Below, one piece after another: positions 11,721 to 25,549 of a stretch of 64,000 nt of DNA. The translations under genes were made by a program, and so were the position numbers. The number at the start of each line of letters is the position of its first letter. Positions within the stretch are counted from its first letter, which is position 1. The notes beneath the pieces were generated by a model that ran no database searches, was not told the DNA's origin, and worked only from the letters and a program-made list of their open reading frames with translations. Source of the DNA: Chrysemys picta bellii (Eukaryota); contig NC_088802.1 in NCBI RefSeq assembly GCF_011386835.1, positions 54,622,001-54,686,000 on the forward strand, in the 5' to 3' direction.

Positions 11721-13151
11721 GTTCTGGTCACTGGGGCAGTGCCAAGTCCTTGCCCGGTGGAGGGCAGGGAGCCTGTGTTGATAACATGCCAGGAGCCTGG
11801 GGCCTGCCCCGATTGGCCCTGCGTGGGAATGAATCTCAGCTGCCCACATCTGGACCATGGAGGTTTGACCCTGGCAGACATAGCATGCAACCCTCAATCC
11901 GCTGCTCCGCTCAAGCTGGAGCGCTGCATGCTGGGACCTGTCGTCTCTCTGTGACCCACCCCCTGGTAAAGATGGCCCCGATCAGTGGGGGCCTGTGCTT
12001 GAATCACCATGTTGAGGCCCTCACGTAAGCTGGAATGTCTGTGATGGCTGTCGTGGGCCAGCCCATCTATAGGGGAATTACAGCTCTGGAAATGGAGAGC
12101 CCTGGGCGGGGAGGCGCTGGCACTGTTCGTTAGGACTGCAGGAGTAATTGCCCGTTACGGAGAGAAATGATTCCTGCTGGTGCATTCTCCCTTTCCGCTC
12201 AGGCGGAGAACTCCTTAACAAAGAGCCCTGCAGCGTGGCTTTCCCCAGCAGCCTCCTCCCGCGCTCTGGCCTGCATTAGCTGGAGTAATCGAAGCCAGCC
12301 TCTTAGATTCGATCGGGCTTGGCAGGCAAGCGGGGCCGCTAACGACCCTGGAGCCCTCGGTGCTGGGAAATGGCTGGGCAGGCGGGGGGGGGGGGTGCAG
12401 TAGCAGGGTCTGCAACTTGTTAGCGTGTGTTTAGTTCCCACAGCACTGCGGGGAGGGGCGGGGGGAGAACCGCAGGGAGGGGGGGCCCATGTGGCTGACA
12501 CCGGAAGGTTCAGCTCCATGGAACCCCGGCCCATCTGGGCTTGGAAGCTCAATCCACGATTCTCCCCCAGGACTCGTTTCAGGCTGCAGTTGAATGATAG
12601 TTTAAAGAGAGATGAGGCGGCTGTGGTAACCTCTCTCGTATCCTGGGACCAGCACGGCTGCCCCGAGGCCACACACTGCACTGGGGGATGTTTTGGGCCC
12701 TTTCTCCTTTCAGCCACATAACGACAGTTTCATGAAAGGCTCCAGGGCTGCGGAGCCCCCTGGAACTGGCGCCATGTTGTGGTTCCGGGAAACACGGCGG
12801 TGGAATACGCGCGACGCGCTGACGATGCTCTGGCTCTGTATCTCCTCCCTGGCTGGCCCCACGCTGGGTGGGAGGTGAGAGCTCCGCAGGACCAAAAATC
12901 TGGGGTGGGAAGTCCCTGGTGGAAAGGGACAGCAAGAGTCACACCCTAACGCACCCCCTGCCGGGCGGGGAACGGACTGGCCCTGCTTCATGGGTGGGGA
13001 AACTGAGGCAGAGCTGCGCAGAGTCAGTGTTGGGTCTGGGGCTGTGCGTCTCTTCCCCTCGATCCAGGAGGGGGTTCGCTGTGTGACCAGCCATTTACAC
13101 TGGAACCGTTGCAAATGTGAGCCACCGTTAGTGTAAAGATTGTTGTGTGGA

Positions 13152-13170
13152 TCTCTCTCTCTCTCTCACA

Positions 13171-13204
<34 letters not shown>

Positions 13205-13212
13205 CTCTCTCT
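13152..13212. repeat. (TC)n(CA)n compound microsatellite
   Basis: Seen directly: tctctctctctctctcacactcacacacaca...cagtctctctct. Confidence 0.95.
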
Positions 13213-15896
13213 GTCATGGGGGAAGATGGATGAGTGGCGCTGGGTCTACATCCCTTTCACTAGAAACCCATTCTTGCCCTGTCCAGCCCTGTAATGAACG
13301 AGGCCTCTATTGTTAATGTGTCATGTGCTCCCTGAATTATGGGACCACTTTGCCCTTCTTCGAATTCAGTGACCCGCTCCCTGCTTTATGGCTTCAACAG
13401 CCTGCACAGAGGGGCCTGAGACGCCACTTAATCAAAATGTGGAATACTGAAAAGGTCACGGCAGGCCACTGTGCTTCAGGGGGATGATACAAGCCATTAA
13501 GATGTCAATCGATCTCTTTAATGGCAACCTGTAACTAGCCAGGAAGCAGCCCCACGCTCTAACCGACTTGTAGCACGAACGAGAGGCAATTCAACCAGAT
13601 ACGCCCTCCTCTCCAGGCATCCTTCGGGAAGTCTGGAGCCCGATTCTTGGAGCACTCTAGCTGGTGGATTGCATGCTGTCTGTGGCAGGGACTGCGCCAC
13701 TGTCTGTCTTGCAGGGTGATTAGCGTGCTGGAGGCGCTTAATATGTGCTTGCTGTTTTGGAGAATCCTTAGCACCTGGTGAAAGGAGACACCCCTTCAAG
13801 TGGGGACAGTCCCGCCTTGGGTCACGCGGGGGGGGCAGGAAGGCGGGGGAGCGGGAGCCAGTGGATGTGCTCTTGCCTCCTAGTTACTGTGTGTTTCCCT
13901 GCTGTCTGGTCTGTCCCAGACAGGCTGCTCCTCCACTAACCCCCCCCCTGCCCTGACAAATGTTGCTCTAGAACCAGCCCCAACCATCTGCGAGCAGAAC
14001 CTCGATTTTGTGAGCCCCACGCTTACAGGTGCCCATCTCTCCCAATCGTTTCTCCTGACCAGGACTGGGGTGGGGAATCCCATAACAGCGACATTGGTGG
14101 AGAACAGGGCGTCGTCCCTTCGCGTTCCGTGCGCTGGCCGTGGCTTCGCCGTGGTCGCCGGGCAGGAGAGCAGCGACGCAGCGCGCCGGCTGGAACTCGG
14201 GGATGTTCTGTTTTGTGACTGTCAATTTTTTTTATGAACTTCTCAATCCCCCGTTAGTTTGTAAAAGAGGGGTTCTGCCGTACGTGACCCAGTAAGAATG
14301 CCTCATGCGGGATGGGCCGGGAATGGGTCCTGCTGGCCTCCATCTAGAAGATAGGTCTTGGTTAGGTCCCGTGACGGTGACCTGCCCTCTGGATTTGGTA
14401 AATTTGCTGGACGGGAAGCTAGCAGATGCACTGGCTGGGGGCAGTTATGCTCGTGGTATTGTCTGGTCACGTGTCAGCTTTCACTTGCGTCAACTCTGGC
14501 TCTCATCGGATTCACTCTTTTCCTGCTGTTGCTTGTGGTATTAATGCAGCCACTAATGGAGAGGAGCAGGGGGAGTCCGGGGGGAGGAACAAGCAACAGG
14601 AACAGCTGAGCCGGAGAGCCTGGGACAGGAGATGCAGGTGGCGTTGCTCTGGGATGGGGGAGATCCCATGCATCTGGCGCTGCCTTCCCCAATGTCGAAT
14701 GGGGGGTGAGGGTCATCGGCTCGTGCGTCTCACTCGATGTCTAATGGAGACCGCTGAGGGCAGAGATTGGTCGGAGGCTCTTGTGCCTTCAACGTGGCAG
14801 GCCTTAGATCAGAACCAGACCCCCTGAACTGGCAGCTCGCAAACCAGGGGAGCCAGAGGCTCCATGTGTGAAACAGGCGCGCCTTGCCAAGCACATCCTG
14901 CGCCGGCTGAAGACGGAACGATGTGCCGAGCCCATCGCAGCAGCCCGGGCTGCAGGGGGTGTGTAGGGAGCGGGGGCTGTGGCTGCAGGGGGGTGAGATA
15001 CGTTGCATGCAGGAACTGAGCAGTGTGCCGTGCTCGGTACTGTCTTCCTCGCTCTTGGGCGGAGATGCCTGCGGGGAGGGCCCAGGCGGGCGATTTGAGC
15101 AAGTGCCCAAGAGCAGTTCAGCTGCCTTGCTGCCTGCCAGGTGGATAAATATCTGTAAGGGAAGGTGACCTCCCGGGGGGGGTCCCATGTCTTGGGGCCT
15201 GGCTCAGGAGGAGATGCTCCTGACTCTGGAGTGGGGGCCATGGTGCTGGCTCTTGGGGTAGCCGGGCAGGGAAGATAACCGGTGTCTGGGGTTCATGTGT
15301 TTGCCTGCTGCCTCTCATGCTGGCTGCGGCGTCCCCTTGTAACGGGGTGACCGGTAAATCGCCCGCCAGGTGTGAGTAGGCACCTTGGGGCGCATTCCTG
15401 GCTTTGTGCCTGGGCTCTTCAGTGTCTGTGTCTGGCCGCACTTTTCCACCTCCCCGGCCCTGGCTTGGGAGCAGTTATTCTTGACTCCATGGTGAGCACC
15501 TGGAAACAGAGCCAGGCGACTGGAGGGAAAGGCCAGTTGTCACTGTTTGCGTGACGTGCTCGGGACGGCAGTTCGGCTGCCGTGCTCAGCTGGGCCACCA
15601 GCTGGTCTGGGACGCGGGGAGCAAGACTTCGGCATGTGGCACATCCGCTGAGCAAGGGAAAGCTGCTTCCTGGGCAGCCAGCGCTTGCGTAGCATGGAGC
15701 TTCAGCGCAAGGCGTAGCCGTTTAGGGTGTGTCTGCACTGCAGACAGGGCGGTTCTGAACTCGGGTTCAAATAGCAGCACAGACACCACAATGGCTTTTA
15801 GCTCCAGGTAGCCGCTCCAGCTCCACCTCCAGCTGCCTTACAGGTTTGAACTCAAGCTGCTAACCTGAGTCGAGAGCACCCTTTGTTTTCCCAAGT

Positions 15897-16905
15897 TACT
15901 CCTGTTTTTCCTGCGCCACTGCACATCCGCAGAATGTATGTCCCCCGCAGATGTCTTTGCTTCCCTGCAGAAAAATGACTTTCTGACAGGGAAGCCCCAG
16001 GAGTGGTCATGCGACCCTCCCCAGCCGTATGTTTCAGGTGCCCAGAGCAGCCAGCAGAGAGGTATATCACTGTGGGGCAGGGGGTGAGACTGGAGACGAC
16101 TCAGCTGGTGGCTCCTACCCTGTGCCAGGCTCAGCTGCTAGTCCCAGCTAGACTAGGGAGGACAGAACTTCCTTGTTCCCTGCACAGCATCGGGGGCTGG
16201 GTCAGACCCACCCCCAGATTTCTCCCCCAGTTGCGGGAATCTCTGCAAACACCCCACCCCACATACACACACACTGCTTCCTGCACCCATCGCACCTCAG
16301 CTGCAGGGGGAGGGATCCCTGTACAGGGAACTGCTCCTCCATCCGCCCAACCCCCGTGCATCCAGACCCCCTCATGCCCAGTCCCTCCCACTGAGCCTCA
16401 CCCCCCAATGAGCCCCACTCCCCCTGCACCTGGACCACTCTGACGTGCCCCAACCACCTTCACCTGGACCCCCTGCAGAGTCCCATTACTGTTGCACCCA
16501 GAACCCCCAACAAGCCCCTGTGCATCCAGATCCCCCCCGCACCTGGCTGCCCGCACCCAGATTGCCCCACACAGAACTGTCTCGCCCCACACTAAGCCCC
16601 TCCACACCTGGATCCTGCCTTGCTGAGCCTGCCTGCCCACACCTGGCATGGAGGGGCAGGGCTCTGGGTGTTTCTGGGGCAGGCCCGGTCCTTGAGCTGT
16701 GTCAGGGTTGGGTGCAGATTCACTGCAGAGTCCGTGTCCTGGGGGGGAGCCGCAGAGTGATCTCCCACCTCTGTGCAACCAGTGGCCTGTGCTCCCCAAT
16801 GCCAGGCTGGAGCCTCCACATTGATTTGACAAATAAAACTTGTAGAATTTTAAAATATTGTGCACAGAATTTTTAATATTTTGGCACAGAATTCCCTCAG
16901 AAGTA
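15897..16905. mobile_element. Non-autonomous DNA transposon, TA-flanked (Tc1/mariner-like)
   Basis: Ends are TACTCCTG...CTGCGCCA and TGGCACAG...CAGAAGTA, an imperfect TIR with TA at both termini. The interior has C-rich subrepeats and no transposase ORF. Confidence 0.6.
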
Positions 16906-16974
16906 TGCAGTGTAACTGTACCTGTACCCTGTGAGACGAGACCGGGAGAAGTTGACAGGAAAGGAAAGGACAAG

Positions 16975-18475
16975 TTAAAAATTACTTAGACAAGGCCTGA
17001 TGAAACCCATCCTAGAATACTTAAGGCGCTGACTGAGGAGATCTCTGAGCCATTAGCGATTATCTTCGCAAACTCCTGGAAGATGGGAGAGATTCCAGAG
17101 GACTTTAAGAAGGCAAATAGTGCCAATCTATAAGAAGGGGGATAAAGAAACTCCCGGGGAATTAGACAGGCCAGCTTAACTTCAGTACCTGGAAAGATAA
17201 TGGAGCAAATAATCAAGCAATCAATTTGCAAACACCTAGAAGAGAATAAGGTGATAAGTAGCAGCACGGATTTGTCAAGAACAAATCATGTCAAACCAAC
17301 TGGATAGCTTTCTTTGCCAGGGTAGCAAGTTTTGTGACTAGAGGGGTAGTGTAGAGGTGGTATATCTTGACTTAAGTAAGGCTTTGGGTACTGTCTTGCA
17401 TGATCTTCTCATAAACAAACTAGGGAAATACAGTCTAGACGGAGCTACTATAAGGTGGGTGCAAAACTAGTTGGAAAATCGTTCCCAGAGAGTAATCATC
17501 AGTGGTTCACAGTCAAGCCGGAAGGGCATATCAAGGGGTCCTGCAGGGATCAGTTCTGGGTCCGGTTCTGTTCAATATTTTCATCAATGATTTAGATACT
17601 GGCATAGAGCAAACACTTATAAAGTTTGTGGATGATACCAAGCTGGGCAGGGTTGCAAGTGCTTTGGAGGACAGGATTAAAATTCAAAATGATCTGGACA
17701 AACTGGAGAAATGGTCTGAAGTAAATAGGATGAAATTCAATCAGGACAAATGCATTTAGGAAGGAACAATCAGTTGCACACATACAAATGGGAAATGACT
17801 GCCTAGGAAGGAGTACTGCGGAAAGGGATCTGGGGGTCAGAGTGGATCACAAGCTAAATATGAGTCAACAGTGTAACGCTGTTGCAGAAAAAGCGAACAT
17901 CATTCTGGGATGTATTAGCAGAAGTGTTGTAGGCCAGACACGAGAAGTAATTCTTCCGCTCTACTCTGCGCTGATTAGGCCTCAGCTGGACTATTGTGTC
18001 CAGTTCTGGGCGCCACATTTCAGGAAAGATGTGGACAAATTGGTGAAAGTCCAGAGAAGAGCAACAAAAACGATCGAAGGTCTAGAAAACATGAGCTGTG
18101 AGGGAAGATTGAAAAACTTGGGTTTGTTTAGTCTGGAGAAGAGAAGACTGAGAGGGGACATAACAGTTTTCAAGTACATAAAAGGTTGTTACAAGGAGGA
18201 GGGAGAAAAATTGTTCCTGTTAACCTCTGAGGAGAGGAAAGAAGCAATGGGCTTAAATTGCAGCAAGGTTGGACATTAGGAAAAACGTCTGTCAGGGTGG
18301 ATAAGCACTGGAATAAATTGCCTAGGGAGGTGGTGGAATCTCCAGCATTGGAGATCTTTAAGAGCAGGTTGGACAAACACCTGTCAGGGATGGGCTAGAC
18401 AGTATTTGGTCCTGCCATGAGTGCAGGGGGCTGAACTAGCCGACCTCTCGAGGTCCCTCCCAGCCCTGTGATGCT
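16975..18475 (+). mobile_element. 5'-truncated CR1 LINE with decayed ORF2 (reverse transcriptase)
   Basis: Translated pieces GVLQGSVLGPVLFNIFINDLD, KFVDDTKLG, RDLGVRVDHKLNMSQQC and LRPQLDYCVQFWAP-type are CR1 RT motifs, broken by frameshifts. CR1 3' end gacctctcgaggtccctcccagccctgtgat. Confidence 0.93.
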
Positions 18476-19686
18476 GTTACCGTTTGAATGCTGGCGGAGG
18501 GTAAATGCGTGCTGGGTGCCAGTTGGCAGGGCTGCGTGTTTGTGCCCGGGGGAGGAGTGCACCCACAGAAATCTCCCTGAGGCTTCAGAGCTGGCTGGGA
18601 TGAGGCAGCACCAGGACGCTCGTGAACTATGCACCAAGTGAATTCCCCGAGGAAAAGAGCCCGATGCCCAGCACACACCAACTAAGGGACAGGCATGTTT
18701 GCTGACCGCTAGCAAATGCTTTAAATACAGCCGAGGCGGAGGCATGGCTGGCTCAGTGCAGTGGGATTAGGGGCCTTTCCCGTCTAGGCTACTCGGCTGG
18801 GTCTGGCCCAGTTGGCAGGGACGGAGAGCTGCTCCCATCTGTCTGCCACGCTCGGTGCAGCTCCCCTCGGCCGTTCCCTGTCCCATAGGCTCTGATTGGC
18901 CGTGGATTGAACCTCACGTCACCCCTGGTCCCGAGGCTGTTCCTTACGGGCCGGGCGAGGTGTGCTAGCAGGGTGAATGGTCTACGGGCAGCTTGCACGA
19001 CAGCTGCCTGGGCTGGCCTTGCTCCATGGGTGGAGAGGGCTTTGGGCTCCAGCGCTTGCATCACACACGCACACACCCGCTCCCATCTCTCAGCCGGAGT
19101 ACCCCCTTGGGGAGGGCAAGCGCCCATCATCGGCCAGGATCACTGAGTCTCGAGGTGCCCACTGGCTGGGGGAGGTCTCGCTAAAAGGGCTGGATCGGGC
19201 GCTTTCTACAGCATCGTCTCTCCAGCCCAGGACAGAGCTGCGGCCTCTTAGGCTGGGGCAGCTCTGGTCAGAGACCTCCCCACTCTGACCGCTTTGCCGC
19301 CGTATGAGGACCTGACTGTGCGCTTGTCTGGGCTGTGTGTGTGAACGGGCCCCTTCTCCAGGCTGGGCACGCCTAGACCAGAAGTGGCTCGCCGTGGGCT
19401 GGGAGATGCCTCGTGCTTTGGAGCTCTGGGGCGGGGGCGTTTCATCAAATGCTGCTCTTCGCAGCCGTGGGAGGGGGCTGCGGATTTTCCCAGTGCTGAG
19501 TGTGAGCTGGTCACCGCTGGAGCCCAGCGGATGGTGGTGAGCAGCCCCCTGCCGGCATTGGCCCTTTCTAGGGAGCCTGCAAACCAAGGACCTCGGGCGC
19601 CTTCGCTTTGCTCTCGCGTCCCGAGCCGTGGTACTGTGCAGCCTGCATGGAGCGTGCACTGACTCTGGCGTCTCTCCCTTGCTTAG

Positions 19687-19859
19687 TCCCTGCTGTTCCT
19701 GGGCCTGGTGGCTGCCGTCTGCCTCGGCCTCAACCTGCTCTTCCTCACCATCTACCTGATCTGCCTGTGCAGCTGCAAACGAGATGAGGAGTCCGAGACC
19801 AAGCGGCCCAACTCCTGCTGTGTCACCTGGACGGCTGTGGTGGCTGGCCTCATCTGCTG
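19687..19859 (+). CDS. TTYH2: TTYH2 coding exon 2 (SLLFLGLVAAVCLGLNLLFLTIYLICLCSC...CCVTWTAVVAGLIC; TM1/TM2)
   Basis: Acceptor TTAG|, donor TG|GTGAGT, 173 nt, phase 0 to 2. Tweety transmembrane segments. Confidence 0.96.
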
Positions 19860-19944
19860 GTGAGTGTCCCGTGTGACTGCTGCCTTCGGAGCCCAGCTGC
19901 CAGGGCTGGGGGAGACCTCGCAGCCGCTGGCCACAGGAAGCATG

Positions 19945-20060
19945 GCCCAGTGGTAAGGCTGGGACTCCTAGGTTCTATTCCGGGCTCTGCTACTGACTTG
20001 CTGTGTGCCCTTGGGTTAGTCCCCCACCTATCGAGGAGGGGCAAACACCACTTCCCGGGG
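19945..20060 (+). mobile_element. tRNA-derived MIR-like SINE fragment
   Basis: ggcccagtggtaagg...ggttctattccgggctctgctactgacttgctgtgtgcccttggg: A/B-box-like head followed by core sequence. Confidence 0.5.
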
Positions 20061-23000
20061 GAATACGGCTGAGGTCCTGGCAGGAAAGGCAGGGGACCAG
20101 GCCAAGTGGACAGGCGCCAGGCAGAGGTTCCTGGCCGTTCTCAGCATCGCTCGGTGGGAAGGAATTTCTAGTGGGACACCTGATGAAAAAGAGGCACGTC
20201 ACTGAGCGCTTCGCGAGCAGTTGATATTCACAACCCGCCCAGGTGCCGGGGTGATGGGCGGAACACAGACTGTCTTGCAGCCGGGGAGGCGGCTGCCCGG
20301 AGAGGGGAAGGAGCGTGCCTGTGTGAGCCAGCCCAGCTCCCTTCAGAGCGGGTCTCGGGGCGGCTAGCCCCCAAGCCCGAGTCGCTGGCGGAGGGGGAAG
20401 AGGCAGGCGGCTTTTTTTCCCCGTCATCCCTGTTGCGTGCCCAGGATTCTCCTCTTCTCCCCGCTGAGCTGCCTTCCGACCCAGGCTTCGTCTCCCGCCC
20501 GGCGCTGGATTTGTGGGCCAGCCGCGCACGTGAATCGCTTTGATTAGATCCAGCTCTCAGAGGCTTAAATACCGATGGCTCCTCTCTGGGCGTAGGCTCC
20601 TCGGTCTGGGGCTGAAGGCGGAGGCTGCACCTCCCCTCCCTGCTGTAGCTGGTGGCTCTGGGCCCCGTGTGCATGCGGCCTCCTGGAAGTGCTGGCTAAT
20701 CCCGGGGGGCAGCGGGGAGTTGGGGTCACTAATCCCAGTCCTGAAGCAGATGGCAGCCTGCAGCCTGACACAGCTGGCAGCCTTTGGTCACAGGAGGTGC
20801 AGGGTTAATTACAGATGGAGGCTGGGTCAGTTAGAAATGGGGGGGCAGGGAGTGGGCCCCGGAGGGATCCCAGGCGGCTGGGAGAGGCTCTGCTGTCCTG
20901 CTGGGGGTAGTGCCATTCTGGGGTGCTGGCAGAGAACATCCCTGTGACTGGCATGGCCTGGCGCGACTGGCCTCTGCTTGGCACGGCAGGCCTGAGGGGC
21001 CAGGAGTGGCACGGCTCTGAGGCCAGGGCAGCAGTGAGTGACGGGGGGGCTCTAGGGGAGTTAGTGGCTCATCCGGTTCTGGGTCCGTGTCTGTATCTAA
21101 ATCTTCCTGGGGCAGGGAGAGGCCCAGGCGCTCCCGCAGCCGCTGCTCTGCCCTGCATGGCGCCGTCTCAGCTCTGCGGCGCTAACCCGCTGGGCACTTC
21201 TGCTCCAATCTGCCGCTTGGCTCTCTTGCGGTGGGCGGGCAGCTGATGCCCGTCTCCTGCTGCCTGGTAGTTGCATGTCCTCACCGGAGGCATTTTTAAG
21301 CCCTCCCCCGGTTTCAGAAGCTTGTAAGAAAATTTGCCAGCAGCCCAGGCTGGTCGAGACAAAATCCGGACGGTTCGTCAGCCCGTCCTCGCCCTACCAC
21401 GCAGGTAGTGTCCTTGGGGCTAGGTCTGCTCTGTTGCTCTCTGCTTTGCGTTGCTGGGATTCCCCTTCTCAGTGCATCCAGGCAGGGCTCCTGCCCCAGG
21501 CGGCGGCGTCTCCTGATTGCTTCGGCGTGATCCGCTCCCATGGGAAGGGAAGAAAGAGATGGTTCTTCCCTCCCATTAGACCAGACAGAGCGTTCAGTGT
21601 ATGGCAATAGACACGCTCTAAAGAGGAAGCAAACGCTGCTGATTAGCTCAGCATGCCCTTCCCGTGACAGCCGGCTCCCCCCACTCCCTGGGCCCATTCC
21701 ACCACCGCTCCATGTGACTTCCAGGGACAGCTCGGCTCTGATTGCCAGCTGCTTGGAGAGGAATCAGCGTTTCCTCTTCTCCAATGACAAGCAAATGCTG
21801 CCCAACTTCCTCACTCCCCTGGGGCTTCCCAAGAGGCTCGCAAGTGCCACGGGCAGCAGCTGTGCCCCACTGAGAGCGCGTCTGGGCTCTGGCGTTGTAG
21901 ATTAGGGTGAATGCGGTGTTTGTAGCTGGCATCCCCCCCAGTAGCCATGCCAGTGGCCCCATGGCTCTGCGGGTGCTGCACCACCTGCCCTTGCAAAGTT
22001 CGGCTCCACCACAGCTGCCGAGCCCATGTGCCCAATCCCCTGCCGTTCTGGTGTCAGGCTACCCCGCAGCTGTGCCACTGGGCCCCAATCCCCTACCATG
22101 ACCGCGCTGGGCCTCTGCCGAGCACAGAATACCCAGCTGCCCGGTAAGGACTAGGGCAGGACTCAGTCATTTCATTGGTGAGCAAAGGCAGATTTGAACG
22201 CAGCTCCCAGGGGCGTGTTAACCCTCTGTCGCCCCGGGGGAACACGGTGGGACGGGTGGGGCTGTCGGAGCACTCCCTTTGCTAGGGTCCCCTGGCACTG
22301 CCCGGTGCCTGGAGAGCTCTCGTAGGTGGCGGTTGTGAGCCCCTCGCTCCGTGCGCGTTAGAAGTGCTGGGGGCGGCTGGCGCTGCTCCGGGCCGTGGGG
22401 GCCTGTGGAGTGCTGTGGCTTGGGGAGGAGACCGAGCCGGGGCTTTATATCCCTCCAGAGGCGCCCAAACCCCCATCCATGGCTAAGTGGAGCCTCTTTG
22501 GAGCAGAGCGCAGCCATTACCAGGCTAATGGGGAGAGCTGGCTGCTGTCCAGCATGGTCGCTGATAGCTGCACCTGGGAGTGCGGGAGCAGCGAGGGCCT
22601 GCTTTCCAGGAGCCGGGCCGAGCACTCGCCGCTCCTCCCTTCCAGGGCCCCCCCAGGCTCTCGGTCCCAGCAGCCCAGCCTGAGCCTAGCCTACGCGCAG
22701 AGGGCGCGGGAGCCGCTGGGCTTGGTGCTATCGGGGGCCCTGTCCTTGGTGTGCGTGCTCCCCAGCTGGGAGCAGTAGCAGCCCTTCGCCTTGCTCTGCG
22801 GGGTTCACCCCATGCGGCGGCCGGGCCCCTGCAAGACAGGTCTGTAGGCCACAATAACGCCCTGCGCTCCCTCTGGGAGGCCCTCAAAACCCTGTAACGA
22901 CCCAGCGGAAACTCCCTTCGCCTTTCTGGGGCGGGCGAGGCGGAGGCGGGGCTTGAACCCAGCTCTCTGGCTGCCCGGTGCTGTGAGATAGCCCTGCCTT

Positions 23001-24724
23001 CCCGCTCAGGACCCTGGGGGAGGCATGATGGCTCTGTTAGGGGGCAGGGAGAAGCGTGCACATGATACAGTGGAGCACCTGGGACAAGAGCAAAGCCCGT
23101 AGACCCCTTCGTCCGCCCGGCTCGGCTCGGCGGTCGGCACTTAGACCGGGGTGGATGCGGAGGGGACGCTGCTGGGGGTATCTGTGAGGCAGGCAGCAGA
23201 GCTGACGTCACTGGAGCTTGAGCGGGTGCCTGTGGCATGGCTCCTGGGCTCTGCTCCGGGTCCCAGAGGCCAGCTGGCTCGCAGGGCCGAGGAGGGGCTA
23301 GCGGGAGACCCAGCTTTCACTCCTTGTCCCCTCCTGGGGATTAACCAAGGAGCAGGTTTCATCCGAGGCAGCGTTTTCTTTTCTGACAGATTCTCGTAAT
23401 CTGTTTGGCCAGGCTTTGCGGCCTAAATCTCGCAGCCTTCGCAGGGGCTGGCTTCAAATCCAGCCTGTGTGTCTGGCTTCGAGCTTCGCTAAGCCCCAGC
23501 GGGAGCAGAGAATCTCCTCTCACCCACCCGGAGGGGCACCGCTGCCTTCCCTGGGACCCAAATCGGGGCTGTTGGCACTTCCGCCTTGAAGCACCTGAAT
23601 GCTCGTGCCCAGCTCGGTCTCGGGTATTTCTGTGGCTGCTGTGGCTGCAGTCTCTGAGCACCTCCAGTGGATTTATCCTCACAACACACTGGTGCAGACG
23701 GGAAACTGAGGCACGGAGACCTAGTGAGTCACCCAAGGCCGTGTAACAGGGAACTGAACCACTGGGCCGGGGTGCGCAGGGCAGTACTGACAGTTCTGCA
23801 GGTGCCCGGTATCTCCTACCCTGCTTCTGCCCGGCCTGTGTCTCGAATGGGGCCTGCTCCCTGTGCACAGGTGAGCAAAAGATCGCCTTCTGGTGGCTGG
23901 GGAAGGGCAGGAGAGAGGCAGGGGCAGGCGACGAGATCGTTGGCCGGGCAGCTCTGGGCTGCACTGAAAGCTATTGATGGCTTTGTATCGAGGATTGAGT
24001 TTGTTTCAAGCCTGGACCCCCTCCAGCCCTGCCCCGCTTTTCCATTCGTGTAAATGACGCCCCCGCCCCAGGAAGTCCCAGTGTGGGGCGAAGGGGAGCT
24101 CTGATGGGTGGGGATCTCCGTGAGCGGCGCTGCTGCGGGGCGTGGAGGACTCTGGTGACGGGCGACGCCCTCCCTTCGCAGAGCAGGTACAGCCGGGGCA
24201 GCGATGGGGCAAACCTTCGCTCTCCCGCTCAGCGGCCTCTAGGGCCGAGGGCGATTCAGTCCTGATGTCTCTGAACCAAACCCATGGGTGGGCAGGGAGA
24301 AGCGATGGTATAGTTGGCCTCGGCTCCTCCCCTTAACGAGCCCTGAGCCACCACTCCTGGTGACGCCCCGTTCTGGAGGAGGGCACTGGCTGGATACAGC
24401 CTGGTGGCACCCTCAGGGACCCTGCTGCCCTGGCGAGCAGTTGCAGGGACTTCATTCCATTTCCCAGTGGGTTGGTGTCGCTGGCACAGCTGGCCGTGTT
24501 GGAGGCCCAGGACTGGCCGCTCCCCCCAGGAGGCCCGTCCAGCTGGGGTGAGTCACGTCTCGTGCACACACTAAACGTGCTGTAACGGTGCTCAGAGAGC
24601 TGCCTTTCATTCGCCTTCCTCTGCTACAGCAGTGCCAGGTCAGCAGTGGATAACATGCCCCTGGCACCTCAAGCCAGCTGTGCCGTTTCCTTCTCCTCTA
24701 ACCTGCGTTTTCTCTCGTCCCTAG

Positions 24725-24836
24725 CGCTGCCGTCGGCATCGGGTTCTATGGGAACAGCGAGACCAACGATGGGGTGTACCAGCTGATCTATGCCCTCGAC
24801 AATGCCAACCACACCCTCTCTGGGATCGACACACTG
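24725..24836 (+). CDS. TTYH2: TTYH2 coding exon 3 (AAVGIGFYGNSETNDGVYQLIYALDNANHTLSGIDTL)
   Basis: CTAG| ... |GTAAGG, 112 nt. Conserved GFYGNSETNDG motif. Confidence 0.97.
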
Positions 24837-25549
24837 GTAAGGGCCTGCTGGGGTCAGCCGCACAGGTGCATTGTGGGATATTCCACCCGCATCCGAAGCA
24901 GCTGCCGTTGGTCGTGCTCCCTGGCAAGCGCTGGGGCTGGTGGGTCGGTCGTTGCGGCCTGGGGAGAGCCCAGGACTGCCCCTTGCGGGGTGAGATGCTT
25001 CTCCTGAGTTCCTTAGCTTGGGTGGCAGATACGTGGGGCTTTGGGAAGACGCCAGGCATGAGACGCTAACGTAGCAGAAACCATCACTGGCTCTCAGTCC
25101 CCGGCCTTCAGTCTGTTACAGAGCTGGTGGGTATCGTTAACCAAGGCACAGAGCAGGAAAGTGATTTGACCCTTGCTTGGCCTGGCCATGTTTTCCTACC
25201 AGCCATGGGCTTGCTGCATTCACCTGTTTTTCCATCCTCGCTCCTGCTCTAAGCTGCTCGGATGATCTAATCGGTGGGTCTCTTGGACGGGCCTTGTCTT
25301 AGAGACAGCTGTGTTCCTCCAGAGATTACGGGGATCAGCTGGCATCTCTGCTGCGGGGGCTGCGCTGGCACTCCCTCCTGCAGCTGCTAAGCTGGCTGAG
25401 AAATTAAACCTCTGAAAAACCAGGGGTTTATCCCAGCGAGAGGGAGTAGGCCGAGGCGGCGCTCCCGGCGTTGGACATTTCTGGAGAGCCACCAGCGCCA
25501 GGCGTGGCAGAGGGGGTAACGCGGAGAATCCTCGTCATCCCCTCTCCGG

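Noticed and set aside
17502-18279. RT-like ORFs as an active or domesticated gene
   Set aside because: Fragments of a 5'-truncated CR1 with frameshifts and stops.
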